Of a DNA stretch of 64,000 nt, positions 27,618 to 36,988 are shown in pieces. Below the pieces are notes generated by a model. It saw nothing but the letters and a program-made list of their open reading frames with translations, made no database searches and had not been told where the DNA came from. Position numbers and translations under genes: made by a program. Numbering within the stretch: the stretch's first letter is position 1; every line of letters starts with the position of its first letter. The DNA is from an uncultured virus (IMG/VR IMGVR_UViG_3300042863_002514) (taxonomy: Duplodnaviria; Heunggongvirae; Uroviricota; Caudoviricetes), in the IMG/VR virus record IMGVR_UViG_3300042863_002514, positions 1 through 64,000 of that record, one strand, 5' to 3'.

Positions 27618-28087
27618 GATTGATTGCACATCGAGGACTTTTGTATGGTCCTGATCCCAAAGCTGAAAACACTCCCCAATCAATCCACACTTGTTTGGAG
27701 TTGGGAATTGACGTGGAAATTGATGTTTGGTACACAGACGGCTGGATGTTGGGGCATGATGCTCCATCAATTAGAGTAACAACTGATTTCCTAACACAGC
27801 AAAACTTATGGATTCACGCTAAGAATGCAAAAGCTTGCCAAGAGTTGAGCCAGTTACACCACTTGCACCCAATGTTGAACTATTTTTGGCATGAAAATGA
27901 TGAGCGTGTATTAACAAGCCAAAATTACTGGTGGACATCACCAAACAAACCATTGTTCTCAAATAGTATAGCAGTAATGCCTGAATGGCACACCCCACTT
28001 GATAAATTAGCTGAATGCTTGAGCTGGGATGCGTTTGGAATATGCTCTGACTGGATAAGCCTGTTGCATCCTGTAGGTGCACAATGA
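27614..28087 (+). CDS. Glycerophosphodiester-phosphodiesterase-like (short GDPD/PI-PLC fold) protein
   Basis: LIAHRG, ENT, DVEIDVW, LGHD, LWIHAKN and GICSD motifs. Confidence 0.75.
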   Translation: MRLIAHRGLLYGPDPKAENTPQSIHTCLELGIDVEIDVWYTDGWMLGHDAPSIRVTTDFLTQQNLWIHAKNAKACQELSQLHHLHPMLNYFWHENDERVLTSQNYWWTSPNKPLFSNSIAVMPEWHTPLDKLAECLSWDAFGICSDWISLLHPVGAQ

Positions 28088-28791
28088 AAGAAGTAATAGT
28101 AGCACACCAACTGGGATTGGGTGATTATTTCATTTGTAATGGCTTAGTCAACTATTTCTCAGAAATATACGATCAGGTATTTGTGCCTGTGAAACCTCAC
28201 AACTGGCCCACAGTTTCCTGTTTATATCAAGACAATCCCAAAGTAAAACTACTAAAAATAGACGGTATTAGTGAGACTGTTGAAAACAGCTTAGATTGTT
28301 TTGGCATACCTATAATCGAAGCTGATGTGTATATGCATCGACCCACAAGTGCACGGTGGTACAGGTGGTACTATGAGCAATTTGGCTTACCTTATGAATA
28401 CCGATTCTCCCAATTCAAATTACCACAATGTATTCCTGATGTTGACGCAGTGTATGATATGGTTGTGGGAGACTCTACCCCGTATAGATTAGTCCATGAC
28501 GAGCCCAGCATTGGTGGAAGGGTGCCTTTGAAATGGGTAGATGAAAGTGCTCACGATGTACGTATTGTAAAAGTCTCACATAATGTTACATCAAATCTTC
28601 TTTCCTGGATACGTGTAATTGAAAATGCACAAGAGATACACCTCATTGATAGCAGTGTTTTCAACTTCATTCACAGCGTTGGCGAACTGCTAACTCATAA
28701 AAAAATCTACTATCACACTACTCGAAACAGTCAGTTCACTTATGAGCAACATGATATTCAAAAATACACTCCTTGGATCAAGGTAGTATAA
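28084..28791 (+). CDS. Putative glycosyltransferase-like protein (GT-B-like)
   Basis: HQLGLGD..ICNG N-terminus and IENAQEIHLIDSS motif. Confidence 0.55.
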   Translation: MKEVIVAHQLGLGDYFICNGLVNYFSEIYDQVFVPVKPHNWPTVSCLYQDNPKVKLLKIDGISETVENSLDCFGIPIIEADVYMHRPTSARWYRWYYEQFGLPYEYRFSQFKLPQCIPDVDAVYDMVVGDSTPYRLVHDEPSIGGRVPLKWVDESAHDVRIVKVSHNVTSNLLSWIRVIENAQEIHLIDSSVFNFIHSVGELLTHKKIYYHTTRNSQFTYEQHDIQKYTPWIKVV

Positions 28792-29534
28792 TGAAACTAG
28801 CACTGTGCCTGTATGGCCCTTATCGACATTTCAACAATGTTGCAGCTAGCTTGCGAACTCATTTGTTTAGCTGTTTGAACATAGACCTGTTTGCCTGTGT
28901 TTACGATGCATCGTCCTTGGGAATGTATCCTGCAGATTCAAACCATCCACGATACACACATAAAAATCCTGGTGGTTTTCCAACACACCAGGATTTTTCA
29001 ATGTTATCAAGCTTATGTCCTTTACAATCTGAGACATTTAGCTTGGATTCCCAGTGTTTTTCAAACTCACTTGCACAGTTGAAATCAAATATTGGCTCTG
29101 TTGAAGATTATCCTCTAGCAATGTGGGCCAATTTATGGGCACAAGAAAGAGTTGTTGAGATGGCAAGCTGTTTTTCTCAAAAATACGATTTTGTCATTGT
29201 AAGCCGAGCTGATGTCATCTATCAAAACTCCTTGCCTCAGTGGTGTTTTGATTACAACCAACTTCTGGTTCAACGTAAATTTGGGTGTGGCAGTCCTTGC
29301 GATTTTTGGTTTATAGGCAACAGCAGCACAGCAAATCAAGCAGGCAAAAGATTTTCCTGCTTCTCAGACAAAGACTTTCATCCTCACAAAGCGTTTGATA
29401 CCCATTTAAAACACCATAATATTGAAGTCTGTTTTGCAGATTTGCCGTTAAATGTGGTACAACGTAGATATACAGGATGGTGGTATACTCCATATATTTC
29501 TGATCCTGATTCTTTGCCAAAGGTGATTACATGA
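28791..29534 (+). CDS. Putative glycosyltransferase-like protein (paralog of 26949)
   Basis: ATG 28791 in a TAATG overlap; KLALCLYGPYR, YDFVIVSRAD and CDFWFIG motifs. Confidence 0.55.
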   Translation: MKLALCLYGPYRHFNNVAASLRTHLFSCLNIDLFACVYDASSLGMYPADSNHPRYTHKNPGGFPTHQDFSMLSSLCPLQSETFSLDSQCFSNSLAQLKSNIGSVEDYPLAMWANLWAQERVVEMASCFSQKYDFVIVSRADVIYQNSLPQWCFDYNQLLVQRKFGCGSPCDFWFIGNSSTANQAGKRFSCFSDKDFHPHKAFDTHLKHHNIEVCFADLPLNVVQRRYTGWWYTPYISDPDSLPKVIT

Positions 29535-30595
29535 AACTAGCTGTATATACTATCTCCCTTAACGAAAGACATTTTGTAGAGCGTTGGTGTGACAGTGTCA
29601 AAGAAGCTGACTATCTAGTCGTAGCTGACACTGGCAGCACAGATGGCACTGTGGAGGCATTGCGAGAACGTGGTGTACAAGTAAGTGTTATTAAAATCAA
29701 ACCTTGGAGGTTTGATGATGCACGCAACATGGCACTAGCATTGGTTCCAGAAGATGTTGATGTCTGTATCTCTATGGACATGGATGAGATGATGGCCCCC
29801 GGTTGGCGAGAAGAGCTGGAAAAACATTGGTTACCTGGCACAACAAGACTGCGCTATCATTATGTTCACAACTTTGATGCCAATGACCAACCACTTAGTC
29901 AATTCCTTGCAGACAAGCTGCATAGTAGATTTGGTTATCGATGGAAGCGTGCAGTGCATGAAACTATTTTTCCCATTGGTGATGAAAAAACCGTCGTAGC
30001 CCCCAGTGTTGTTATGTGGCACAAACAAGATCCTAGCAAAAGTCGTGGCCAATATCTACCCTTGCTGGAAACAAGCTACAAAGAGATGCCACGTGACAGT
30101 CAATTGTGCTATTGGTTGGCAAGAGAGTATGCTTGGTATAATCAGCCTGAAAATGCTGCTGAACATTTCCAAAAGTATCTTGCCATGCCTGAAAGTGGTT
30201 GGGCTGATGAACGGAGCGAGGCTATGAAGTGGTTAGCCAAATGTCTACCCCATGAAGAATTGAAGTGGCTGAGACTAAGTTCTGTTGAAAGTCCCACACG
30301 ACGAGAAGTTTGGTTAAATCTAGCCGAATATTACTACAACAATGCTGATTGGCCCAATCTCTATGCGGCTGCTAAAGAAGGTTTGAAATGTGCTCACAAG
30401 AGCAACAGCTATCTTGATTATTCGCACGCTTGGGGAGGAAGAATGTATGATCTATGCGGATTAGGTGCTTGGAACCTCGGCCTAAAGGACGAAAGCCTCA
30501 GAATGTTTGAAGAAGCTGCACGTCTTGAGCCAGAAGATGGCCGCATCAAATCCAATTATGAGTTTGTGAAATCTGTCCTGGAGAACAAAGGATGA
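29531..30595 (+). CDS. GT2 glycosyltransferase with C-terminal TPRs
   Basis: VADTGSTDGT, WRFDDARN, DMDE (DxD), W...VHE and YWLAREY motifs, plus TPR-like helices. Confidence 0.88.
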   Translation: MKLAVYTISLNERHFVERWCDSVKEADYLVVADTGSTDGTVEALRERGVQVSVIKIKPWRFDDARNMALALVPEDVDVCISMDMDEMMAPGWREELEKHWLPGTTRLRYHYVHNFDANDQPLSQFLADKLHSRFGYRWKRAVHETIFPIGDEKTVVAPSVVMWHKQDPSKSRGQYLPLLETSYKEMPRDSQLCYWLAREYAWYNQPENAAEHFQKYLAMPESGWADERSEAMKWLAKCLPHEELKWLRLSSVESPTRREVWLNLAEYYYNNADWPNLYAAAKEGLKCAHKSNSYLDYSHAWGGRMYDLCGLGAWNLGLKDESLRMFEEAARLEPEDGRIKSNYEFVKSVLENKG

Positions 30596-31770
30596 CAAAA
30601 TTGAAAATAGGCGTCTATGCTCCGGCATTGAACGAGAACAAAAATGCTGCTGCTTGGGCCCTGTCATGTGCAGATGCTGATTACCGAGTAGTAATAGATA
30701 CAGGCAGCACAGATGATACAAAACAAATTTTACAAGAGAATAAAGTTTCTGTATATGATACATTGATCAGTCCTTGGCGTTTTGATGATGCATATAATAT
30801 CGCAATGAGTTTGTTACCAGCTGATTGTGATGTATGCATTTGTCTTCATATGGATGAACGTCTTGATAACGGCTGGCGAGAACTGTTGGAAAAGTCATGG
30901 ACACCAGAAACCACTAGACTTAGATATACATATATTTGGAATTGGTTGTCACCTGGTGTGCCTGGCCGCATCTGGAATGGAGATCGCATCCATGCGCGAC
31001 GAGGTTTTCGATGGGTAGGTGCGACTCACGAAGGGTTATGCAGCCGTGTGCCTGAAGTTCAAACCAGTTGCCCCGAGCTGCGTATCCTCCACTACCCTGA
31101 ATTCAAAAACAAAAACGGCGATCTACCATTGCTTCAGGAAGCAGTGAGAGAATATCCTCACGATGCACGCATGCGAGCTTATCTGGGCAGAGAATATATG
31201 TATCGAGGTATGAAGGAAGATTGCATCAAAACTTACAAAGAGTTCTTGACAATGCCTTGCTGGAATGTAGAGCGAGGATTTGCAATGCAAAACTTGGCAT
31301 CAGTGGATGATGAAAACAAAGAGTTCTGGTTGAAGATGGCTACTATGGAAACTCCAAATCATAGAGAGCCATTGGTTGAGCTAGCTCGATATTATTATAC
31401 AAAAGCCAATTGGGGTGAATGCTACAAACATGCTGTAAAAGCCCTAGAGATCACTCAACATCCAATGGACTACACTTGTAACGAAGACTCATGGAGTTGG
31501 TTACCACATGATCTTGCCAGCATAAGTGCTTGGAATTTGGGGTTAAGAACAGAAAGCTTAGATTACGCTTCCAAGGCGGTTGAACACAATTCAAATGATG
31601 GCAGACTAAAAAACAACCTTAAGATTATCCAAGATTGGTTTGACAGCAATGTGGAAAAATCAACAGAAACTGTTGTCTTAGTGCCCAACCTTCAAAATAC
31701 AGACAATGATGTGGCAGTAGTCCTGAACGATAATGAGGCTACACTGGACTCAACTGAGGTCAATGAGTAG
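30592..31770 (+). CDS. GT2 glycosyltransferase with C-terminal TPRs (tandem paralog)
   Basis: [21 protein letters not shown] (variant DxD), W.GATHE and YLGREY motifs. Confidence 0.88.
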   Translation: MTKLKIGVYAPALNENKNAAAWALSCADADYRVVIDTGSTDDTKQILQENKVSVYDTLISPWRFDDAYNIAMSLLPADCDVCICLHMDERLDNGWRELLEKSWTPETTRLRYTYIWNWLSPGVPGRIWNGDRIHARRGFRWVGATHEGLCSRVPEVQTSCPELRILHYPEFKNKNGDLPLLQEAVREYPHDARMRAYLGREYMYRGMKEDCIKTYKEFLTMPCWNVERGFAMQNLASVDDENKEFWLKMATMETPNHREPLVELARYYYTKANWGECYKHAVKALEITQHPMDYTCNEDSWSWLPHDLASISAWNLGLRTESLDYASKAVEHNSNDGRLKNNLKIIQDWFDSNVEKSTETVVLVPNLQNTDNDVAVVLNDNEATLDSTEVNE

Positions 31771-32008
31771 CGTTGGAATTCCGAGGAGGGCGCTTTTGTC
31801 GGTAGACAATGCGTCCTTTCGTCAAATCATATGCGCTTAGCTCTACGGTCACATGATCAAGATGATGGACATTGATGTTGTTGATTCTCAATTTGCCAGC
31901 CAAGTGAGCTAGTATTGTAAGTCCGTTTTCCAATTGTACTCTGAACAGACTGTTGGGACAAACTTCAATAACTGTGCCGTTGACTGTGATGTAATCTTCT
32001 TTGCTCAT
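31760..32008 (-). CDS. infA: Translation initiation factor IF-1
   Basis: MSKED.I...[23 protein letters not shown].....[17 protein letters not shown]. Confidence 0.95.
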   Translation of the reverse strand: MSKEDYITVNGTVIEVCPNSLFRVQLENGLTILAHLAGKLRINNINVHHLDHVTVELSAYDLTKGRIVYRQKRPPRNSNATH

Positions 32009-32014
32009 ATAAGG

Positions 32015-32022
32015 TATTTAGG
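32015..32022 (-). promoter_or_regulatory. Late-promoter-like box CCTAAATA only 6 nt before the infA ATG
   Basis: CCTAAATA-CCTTAT-ATG with no SD in between. Confidence 0.5.
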
Positions 32023-32162
32023 CAAGTCGTTATGTACCATCCTGATAGCCTTTTTCCTCAACACCATTAAGTGTAATATGAAAGCATTGACAGTTATTTT
32101 TGCATAGCTCCAGGGAGTCCAGTAGACTCATCTCAGAAGATGATTTAAGGCTTCAACCTATT

Positions 32163-32549
32163 ATGAACAGCATCCACTACATAAGTTGGCGAACATGGCA
32201 AGAAGAGGAAGTTACTACTCCTTGGGTCTGGTATCCCTTACAACAGGGCCACATGTATAAAAAAAGAACATCCTGCAAGAGCTCATTGACTGTAACTGAG
32301 GAATTGGTAGCTGATGCGTTTCAAACCAAGAACCAATCACTGCTAGATGAAATCAACCAAAATTATATTCAAGATGTGGAGTTGGCTTCGTTTATTGTTG
32401 CCGAGTCAGAAAATCAAGCTGTGACTGAAATCTTGCAGTATTTTCCTGATGCGGAAATCACCCGTTGCCAGCAAATTGAACCTCAAACAAAACAACAGAT
32501 ACTAGAGCTGTTTGATCAAGCCATCAGAAAAAAAGAGCTGGGAAAATAA
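32163..32549 (+). CDS. Hypothetical protein
   Basis: ORF; ATG 32163 preferred over TTG 32100; ends in a terminator hairpin. Confidence 0.6.
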   Translation: MNSIHYISWRTWQEEEVTTPWVWYPLQQGHMYKKRTSCKSSLTVTEELVADAFQTKNQSLLDEINQNYIQDVELASFIVAESENQAVTEILQYFPDAEITRCQQIEPQTKQQILELFDQAIRKKELGK

Positions 32550-32559
32550 TTCCCAGCTC
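32528..32559 (-). terminator. Intrinsic terminator between convergent genes
   Basis: gagctgggaa/ttcccagctc 10-bp stem (32535-44/32550-59) with an A7 tract at 32528-34, which is a U-tract on the minus strand. Confidence 0.75.
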
Positions 32560-32589
32560 AGGTAGTATCCAAGTTTTTTGTTTTTGAGG

Positions 32590-32784
32590 TTAAATCTTAA
32601 CCTGTTTGGTGGCGCGGATAGCAGCCTCCTTGGTATGAGTAACAGCTACAGCCACCCACTGCTGGGGTACTGCAAGTCCGTTCTTCAGGTACCAATCACG
32701 GTCTGCTTCGGGGTGATCAATTTCTGCCCAGACAACAAAACGGTTATCAAAAGCACGCTGAGCGATATCAAAATTACGAGCCAT
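32590..32784 (-). CDS. Hypothetical protein
   Basis: ATG with SD AGGAG upstream. Confidence 0.7.
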   Translation of the reverse strand: MARNFDIAQRAFDNRFVVWAEIDHPEADRDWYLKNGLAVPQQWVAVAVTHTKEAAIRATKQVKI

Positions 32785-32893
32785 TTTAGTCTTCTCCTAT
32801 GCCGCAGCATTTTTTGGAGTTAACTTGTGAAAACCACTTTCACAAGATCGAGCACAACGCTCAATTCATTTATAGCGAAATATCTTCGCTACG

Positions 32894-33523
32894 TCAATAC
32901 CATTTAAGTGCGCTAACCATCTGACCGCACACAACAGCAAAAGCCATGCTTACATTATGGCTTCGGATGACGCCGGTTTGAGGAATGCTCACAGCTTGGT
33001 CTACCATGTCAACATCCTTGAGAATGCTTTGTGGAATGCCGCTGTTCTCAGTGCCCATGATCAAGCACATGGTTCGACCAAGGCTGTTGGCATCTAGTAG
33101 GCTCTCATTCCAATCAAACTCATAAACATTGGTGCCTCCCTGCTCAACAAAAACAGGATAGAGCCTCTCCTGGTCCACATAACGCCAAAAGGCATCAGGA
33201 TCGATAGTAACCCCATCCTCTAGGAGTCCTTGTACCCGGTCCACTTGGGTGTAATTTTGAGCTCCCACTAGGCCTCTGTTGTCAGTGCGTCGGCGACCAA
33301 ACACATGCACCTTACGAGCCCCAAAAAGGTGACTGCTTCTGATAATGGTGCTAATGTTCAAGTCGCCCAGCACGTTGAGGCACAGAACTTCAAAATTTTT
33401 GAGGCTAGCTTGGGTTACATTCTTGAGCTCTTCAACTGTGAGAGTTTTTAGCTCATCATGCACGTTGAAGCCGTTGTTGCTCTCTGCAATAGCAGCATCA
33501 CGCAGCAGTCGAACGTCAACCAT
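32894..33523 (-). CDS. SpoU/TrmH-family (SPOUT) RNA methyltransferase
   Basis: N.STIIRS...FG, MGTENSGI and SIPQTGVIRSHNVSMA motifs. Confidence 0.88.
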   Translation of the reverse strand: MVDVRLLRDAAIAESNNGFNVHDELKTLTVEELKNVTQASLKNFEVLCLNVLGDLNISTIIRSSHLFGARKVHVFGRRRTDNRGLVGAQNYTQVDRVQGLLEDGVTIDPDAFWRYVDQERLYPVFVEQGGTNVYEFDWNESLLDANSLGRTMCLIMGTENSGIPQSILKDVDMVDQAVSIPQTGVIRSHNVSMAFAVVCGQMVSALKWY

Positions 33524-33689
33524 CGTTTGTGCTCCATATCAAGGCAAAATGGGTAGCAGTTTCTTGACTGTCAAACCAAAAATGAGTGACATAACATCGC
33601 CAGGTATAGCGTGGCAGATTCTGCTGGCACCACTCTATTTGAGCATCCAACTGTTGTCGGTTACTCTGCACAGTGACAGGCTGGGGCAA
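33516..33689 (-). CDS. Small hypothetical phage protein (about 57 aa)
   Basis: Below the cutoff: (TTG)PQPVTVQSNRQQLDAQIEWCQQNLPRYTWRCYVTHFWFDSQETATHFALIWSTNDG. It fills the gap and overlaps the next start; its own start is uncertain. Confidence 0.6.
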   Translation of the reverse strand: MPQPVTVQSNRQQLDAQIEWCQQNLPRYTWRCYVTHFWFDSQETATHFALIWSTNDG

Positions 33690-33702
33690 CAGCAGCTTTC
33701 TC

Positions 33703-34062
33703 TCACTTCACAAGTTCCACAAGGTCACTGTAGGCGCTGGCAATCTGACTGAAGCCCGCGTAGTGACCACGCTCATAGCTCTTCCAGTAGAGCAGCTCTG
33801 CTTTGGGATGACCCTTCATGCCATAATACTCTTCGAGATCATCTTGGAAAGGTGCAGCCAACTCGGCACATTGAGCTATGTATAGCTTATAAGCCACCTC
33901 GTGTTCGGGTAGAGCTACCTTCTCATAATGCGTGAGCGCATCAGCATATGCCTGAGCCTCTCCTGCACTGGGATTGGGACCCAGAGTAGGGCGTAGCGGG
34001 TGAACAGGACACGGGTCCTGATTATCATAAGCCCTAGCGGCAATTTTGTCCCACACTGTCAT
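33703..34062 (-). CDS. Hypothetical protein
   Basis: ATG ORF in operon context. Confidence 0.7.
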   Translation of the reverse strand: MTVWDKIAARAYDNQDPCPVHPLRPTLGPNPSAGEAQAYADALTHYEKVALPEHEVAYKLYIAQCAELAAPFQDDLEEYYGMKGHPKAELLYWKSYERGHYAGFSQIASAYSDLVELVK

Positions 34063-34064
34063 CT

Positions 34065-34220
34065 TCAGTTCCCATCTGCGAGAACGGCACCGATAACGAT
34101 CAGTGCCACTAGAGCGGCAATTCCAAGCCCAATGAATAGGAAAAAGTAGCCTATGATATTAGCTACCATTCCTAGGCCATACACTGCGGCTATCACAGCC
34201 ATAAGCAGAATAAACCACAT
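34065..34220 (-). CDS. Small two-TM membrane protein
   Basis: MWFILLMAVIAAVYGLG...LIVIGAVLADGN; SD AAGGA upstream of ATG 34220. Confidence 0.65.
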   Translation of the reverse strand: MWFILLMAVIAAVYGLGMVANIIGYFFLFIGLGIAALVALIVIGAVLADGN

Positions 34221-34297
34221 TTTTTGCCGATCCTTTTTATCTGAGATCAACATAGCATCTGATATTTTATGATGCAATAGAAGATTTTCATATATTC

Positions 34298-34591
34298 ATG
34301 TTCTGGGTGGTGTTGGAAGAGATCATACTCTCCCCAACGGCTAATTGGGGAGGTAAATTGTCTCAAGTGCCTGGTATGGCGCCGTATAGAGAGCATGATT
34401 TGGATGAATGTTTGGGAAAACCAAAAACTGGCGGTTGCTCGGTACCAGTATGCATTCACTACCTCGAACACAGGGTTCAGCAGCGGCAAACACAACCAAG
34501 GGCATCAGCTACCTTGAATTGCGTCCTGATCGATGAGAATGACCACCTCAGAGCGATCCTTTTTATGCGATGCATCACATCGCAAAGATAA
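34298..34591 (+). CDS. Possible hypothetical protein
   Basis: 97-aa ATG ORF in an otherwise empty interval; no recognisable motif or SD. Confidence 0.3.
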   Translation: MFWVVLEEIILSPTANWGGKLSQVPGMAPYREHDLDECLGKPKTGGCSVPVCIHYLEHRVQQRQTQPRASATLNCVLIDENDHLRAILFMRCITSQR

Positions 34592-34798
34592 TTTTTCAAC
34601 CTACTTTGTCACTTGGTTGTGTATTCCGGGTTCGCACTGGAGAGCATGTGTCAAGACAAACAGCGGTGCTTCCCGGTCCGGCGTATAGGGGCGCCGAGTT
34701 GTTTGCGTTCCTGATGGGTCACCATCCCTTCCGCCCGTGGACACATTACCACGATATCAAAACCTATAATAGTTCGTAGATTATAGGGGAGGTGACGC
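34566..34798 (+). ncRNA. Candidate structured non-coding RNA (multi-hairpin, G-U rich)
   Basis: Six consecutive stem-loops; G-U pairs work only on the + strand; locally GC-rich; no convincing ORF. Confidence 0.5.
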
Positions 34799-34810
34799 TA
34801 GTAACAACAC

Positions 34811-35524
34811 TTAGAGGGGTGTTAACACTAAAAATTTTTGGAGGTTCCAATTTTCCACAACCAACTGCTCTCCCAGCTTGTGGACGCTGTAGGGCCCCGC
34901 TAATGCTTTTTCTAGAACTCTGCATTCGCTACTGCCTGATTCACTCAAATCCACCGGGCCTTGGGGCACAACATTTGTCAAGGTGTCTACCTGAAACGTT
35001 TTTCTGTATGCACGTTCAGAGAGAGTTAGTTGCCCATCTGCCCACGATACTTCTTTCAAGCTGCTATGTTTGAAGAACCTTTTGACATTTTGTTCGTCAG
35101 TGTTTTTGGTTTCACGTACATTGCAGTTTACAGTTTTTTTCAAATTTTTCTCAGTCAAGGGCACAATTTTGTCCTTGGGTAAGTTCACAGTAGTAAATTG
35201 CCAATCATCAATATTACATAGTTTTGTTATATCATTTAACAAGGAAATCAAAGCGTTAGGAAAGTCCAGTGTGCGATTGAGTTCAGCAAAGCATACGTAG
35301 TAACCGTCCTTTGTTGGGGCTGGACTTACATCAGTATCCAACACCATGTAAGGCGCTCTCTCAATAAAATTACTTAAATCGTGCGCAGCATCCGCTTCCA
35401 ATGCATAAAATCCCACAACAACAGCTTCATCATCGCCAATTTTGGACTCATATTCATCCACAGTAACAAGCGGAAGTATCAACCCGTCCAAGTCACCTTT
35501 GCGCAGTCCTTCCTTCAGGTTCAT
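34811..35524 (-). CDS. Hypothetical phage protein
   Basis: 237-aa ORF with ATGA overlap to the upstream gene. Confidence 0.75.
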   Translation of the reverse strand: MNLKEGLRKGDLDGLILPLVTVDEYESKIGDDEAVVVGFYALEADAAHDLSNFIERAPYMVLDTDVSPAPTKDGYYVCFAELNRTLDFPNALISLLNDITKLCNIDDWQFTTVNLPKDKIVPLTEKNLKKTVNCNVRETKNTDEQNVKRFFKHSSLKEVSWADGQLTLSERAYRKTFQVDTLTNVVPQGPVDLSESGSSECRVLEKALAGPYSVHKLGEQLVVENWNLQKFLVLTPL

Positions 35525-36048
35525 GTATTCATCTCCAACCCAGGTGCCTGACCTTGCGCCATCTGGTCTTCAGCATTGTCCATGTCGGTGTCCTCTACCT
35601 CTTCATCGTAAATGTCTAGCATTTCAGGATCAAGAGTTTCAACAAAGCGGCGTGGTATTTTCATGTGAATAAGCCAAACCTTTTCTTTTTTCATTCGCGG
35701 CTTCTTGGTACCAGGTTCATAGTCATCAGGACTATGGATAGGCACAGGCACCGTTTGAAAAGTTTTTTCATATTGTATTTTGGTGCCATGTTGAGTAAGT
35801 CTCAACCCACCTTCAGGATCAGGCATGTGATGGTATGGGTATTTGAAGGTCACTTCAATCCAGTATTTTTTTACCAATGGGCCATTTACAAGCTCACCTT
35901 TGAACCAATTGTCAAATACATAGAGATTGTTGTTATCAAAGTAATCCTCAATATCCAGCATAACATCCAATAAGTCTTGTTTGGCTGTAAGCTTTTTGAT
36001 TACTTCTTCAGCTTGATCTGAAAAATTTTCGAGAATTTTGTGAACCAT
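35521..36048 (-). CDS. Hypothetical phage protein with acidic tail
   Basis: ATG 36048 lies 26 nt below CATAAATA (36075-82); NW..GELV.GP...YW...MPDP.GG.RL pattern. Confidence 0.75.
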   Translation of the reverse strand: MVHKILENFSDQAEEVIKKLTAKQDLLDVMLDIEDYFDNNNLYVFDNWFKGELVNGPLVKKYWIEVTFKYPYHHMPDPEGGLRLTQHGTKIQYEKTFQTVPVPIHSPDDYEPGTKKPRMKKEKVWLIHMKIPRRFVETLDPEMLDIYDEEVEDTDMDNAEDQMAQGQAPGLEMNT

Positions 36049-36098
36049 AATACTAGAAGTGCCCAATTTTCCAGTATTTATGGTTCACAAAAGGTTGT

Positions 36099-36854
36099 TT
36101 AGTTTTCTCCGTACCAGTCCAGTATGGTATTGATTACTGGGTGGCGTTCAACATCTTGTTGTTGAAATTCAACAACAGCCACTCGTTTGTTTGGTTTGTA
36201 TCGTTGTAAGAAATCTGTGAGACCATTTGATGTTCCCCTATCACTTTGTTTCGTATCTCCAGTCACAATCATCTTGCTGTTCTCACCAATTCGGGTCAGC
36301 GCAGAAACCATACTGAGTTTTGTAGTGTTCTGTGCTTCATCGAGGAGAATAATGCTGTTTTTCAATGTTCTGCCTCTTATGAAAGCCATAGGAAGCAGCT
36401 CTATCACATTGTTTTCCAGCATTGTAGCAATTTGTTTGGTTGAATAAAACTCTTCAAAAATCTCCAAGATTGGCCTAGTCCAAGGAGCCATTTTGGCAAA
36501 AATGTCACCAGGCAAAAAGCCAATGTCTTTGTCATCTAAACTGATATTTGGTCGGGTAATCACAATCTTGCTAACACTGCCATTTTTCAAGCATTGGATG
36601 GCATATAGTGTGCCAAGATATGATTTACCAGTACCTGCTGGACCAATGGCAAACACAATGTTTATGTTTGGGTCTTCCAGCTTTTCAATATAAGTTTCTT
36701 GACTGAGGTTTTTGGGAATCAACTCAACTTTTTGTTTGAGATGTTTAGTAAATTGCTCAAGTTCGATGATGTTGTTTCGAACATTTTTGTTGTCAAAAAT
36801 GTTGCGATCTTCTCGAGGATTGGCTCTGTTAGAGCGTTTCAATCTTCTTTGCAA
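36099..36854 (-). CDS. phoH: PhoH-family ATPase
   Basis: GPAGTGKS, ITRP, GFLPGD, RGRT, DEAQN, TGD..QSD and DVERHP motifs. Start likely TTG 36854 (SD GGAGG) downstream of CTTAAATA at 36891-98. Confidence 0.95.
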   Translation of the reverse strand: MQRRLKRSNRANPREDRNIFDNKNVRNNIIELEQFTKHLKQKVELIPKNLSQETYIEKLEDPNINIVFAIGPAGTGKSYLGTLYAIQCLKNGSVSKIVITRPNISLDDKDIGFLPGDIFAKMAPWTRPILEIFEEFYSTKQIATMLENNVIELLPMAFIRGRTLKNSIILLDEAQNTTKLSMVSALTRIGENSKMIVTGDTKQSDRGTSNGLTDFLQRYKPNKRVAVVEFQQQDVERHPVINTILDWYGEN

Positions 36855-36952
36855 GTGGCGTTCCTCCAGTAGAGAGTTGGGCACCATGAGTATTTAAGCG
36901 TGACGCTTGATGACTGTTAAATCATGGATCAAAAACACAAATTGTGCCAACC

Positions 36953-36960
36953 CATAAATA
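36953..36960 (+). promoter_or_regulatory. Late-promoter-like box CATAAATA
   Basis: 28 nt upstream of ATG 36989; divergent partner CTTAAATA at 36891-98 on the minus strand. Confidence 0.6.
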
Positions 36961-36988
36961 TGAAAAAACGCGATTAGTGTGGATATCC

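Noticed and set aside
34620..34760. tRNA (GGTTCGCA T-loop-like), hammerhead (ctgatg) or pistol (cgtgg...ccacg) ribozyme
   Set aside because: There is no cloverleaf or acceptor stem; the CUGAUGA/GAAA core is absent; the pistol pseudoknot and downstream consensus are absent.
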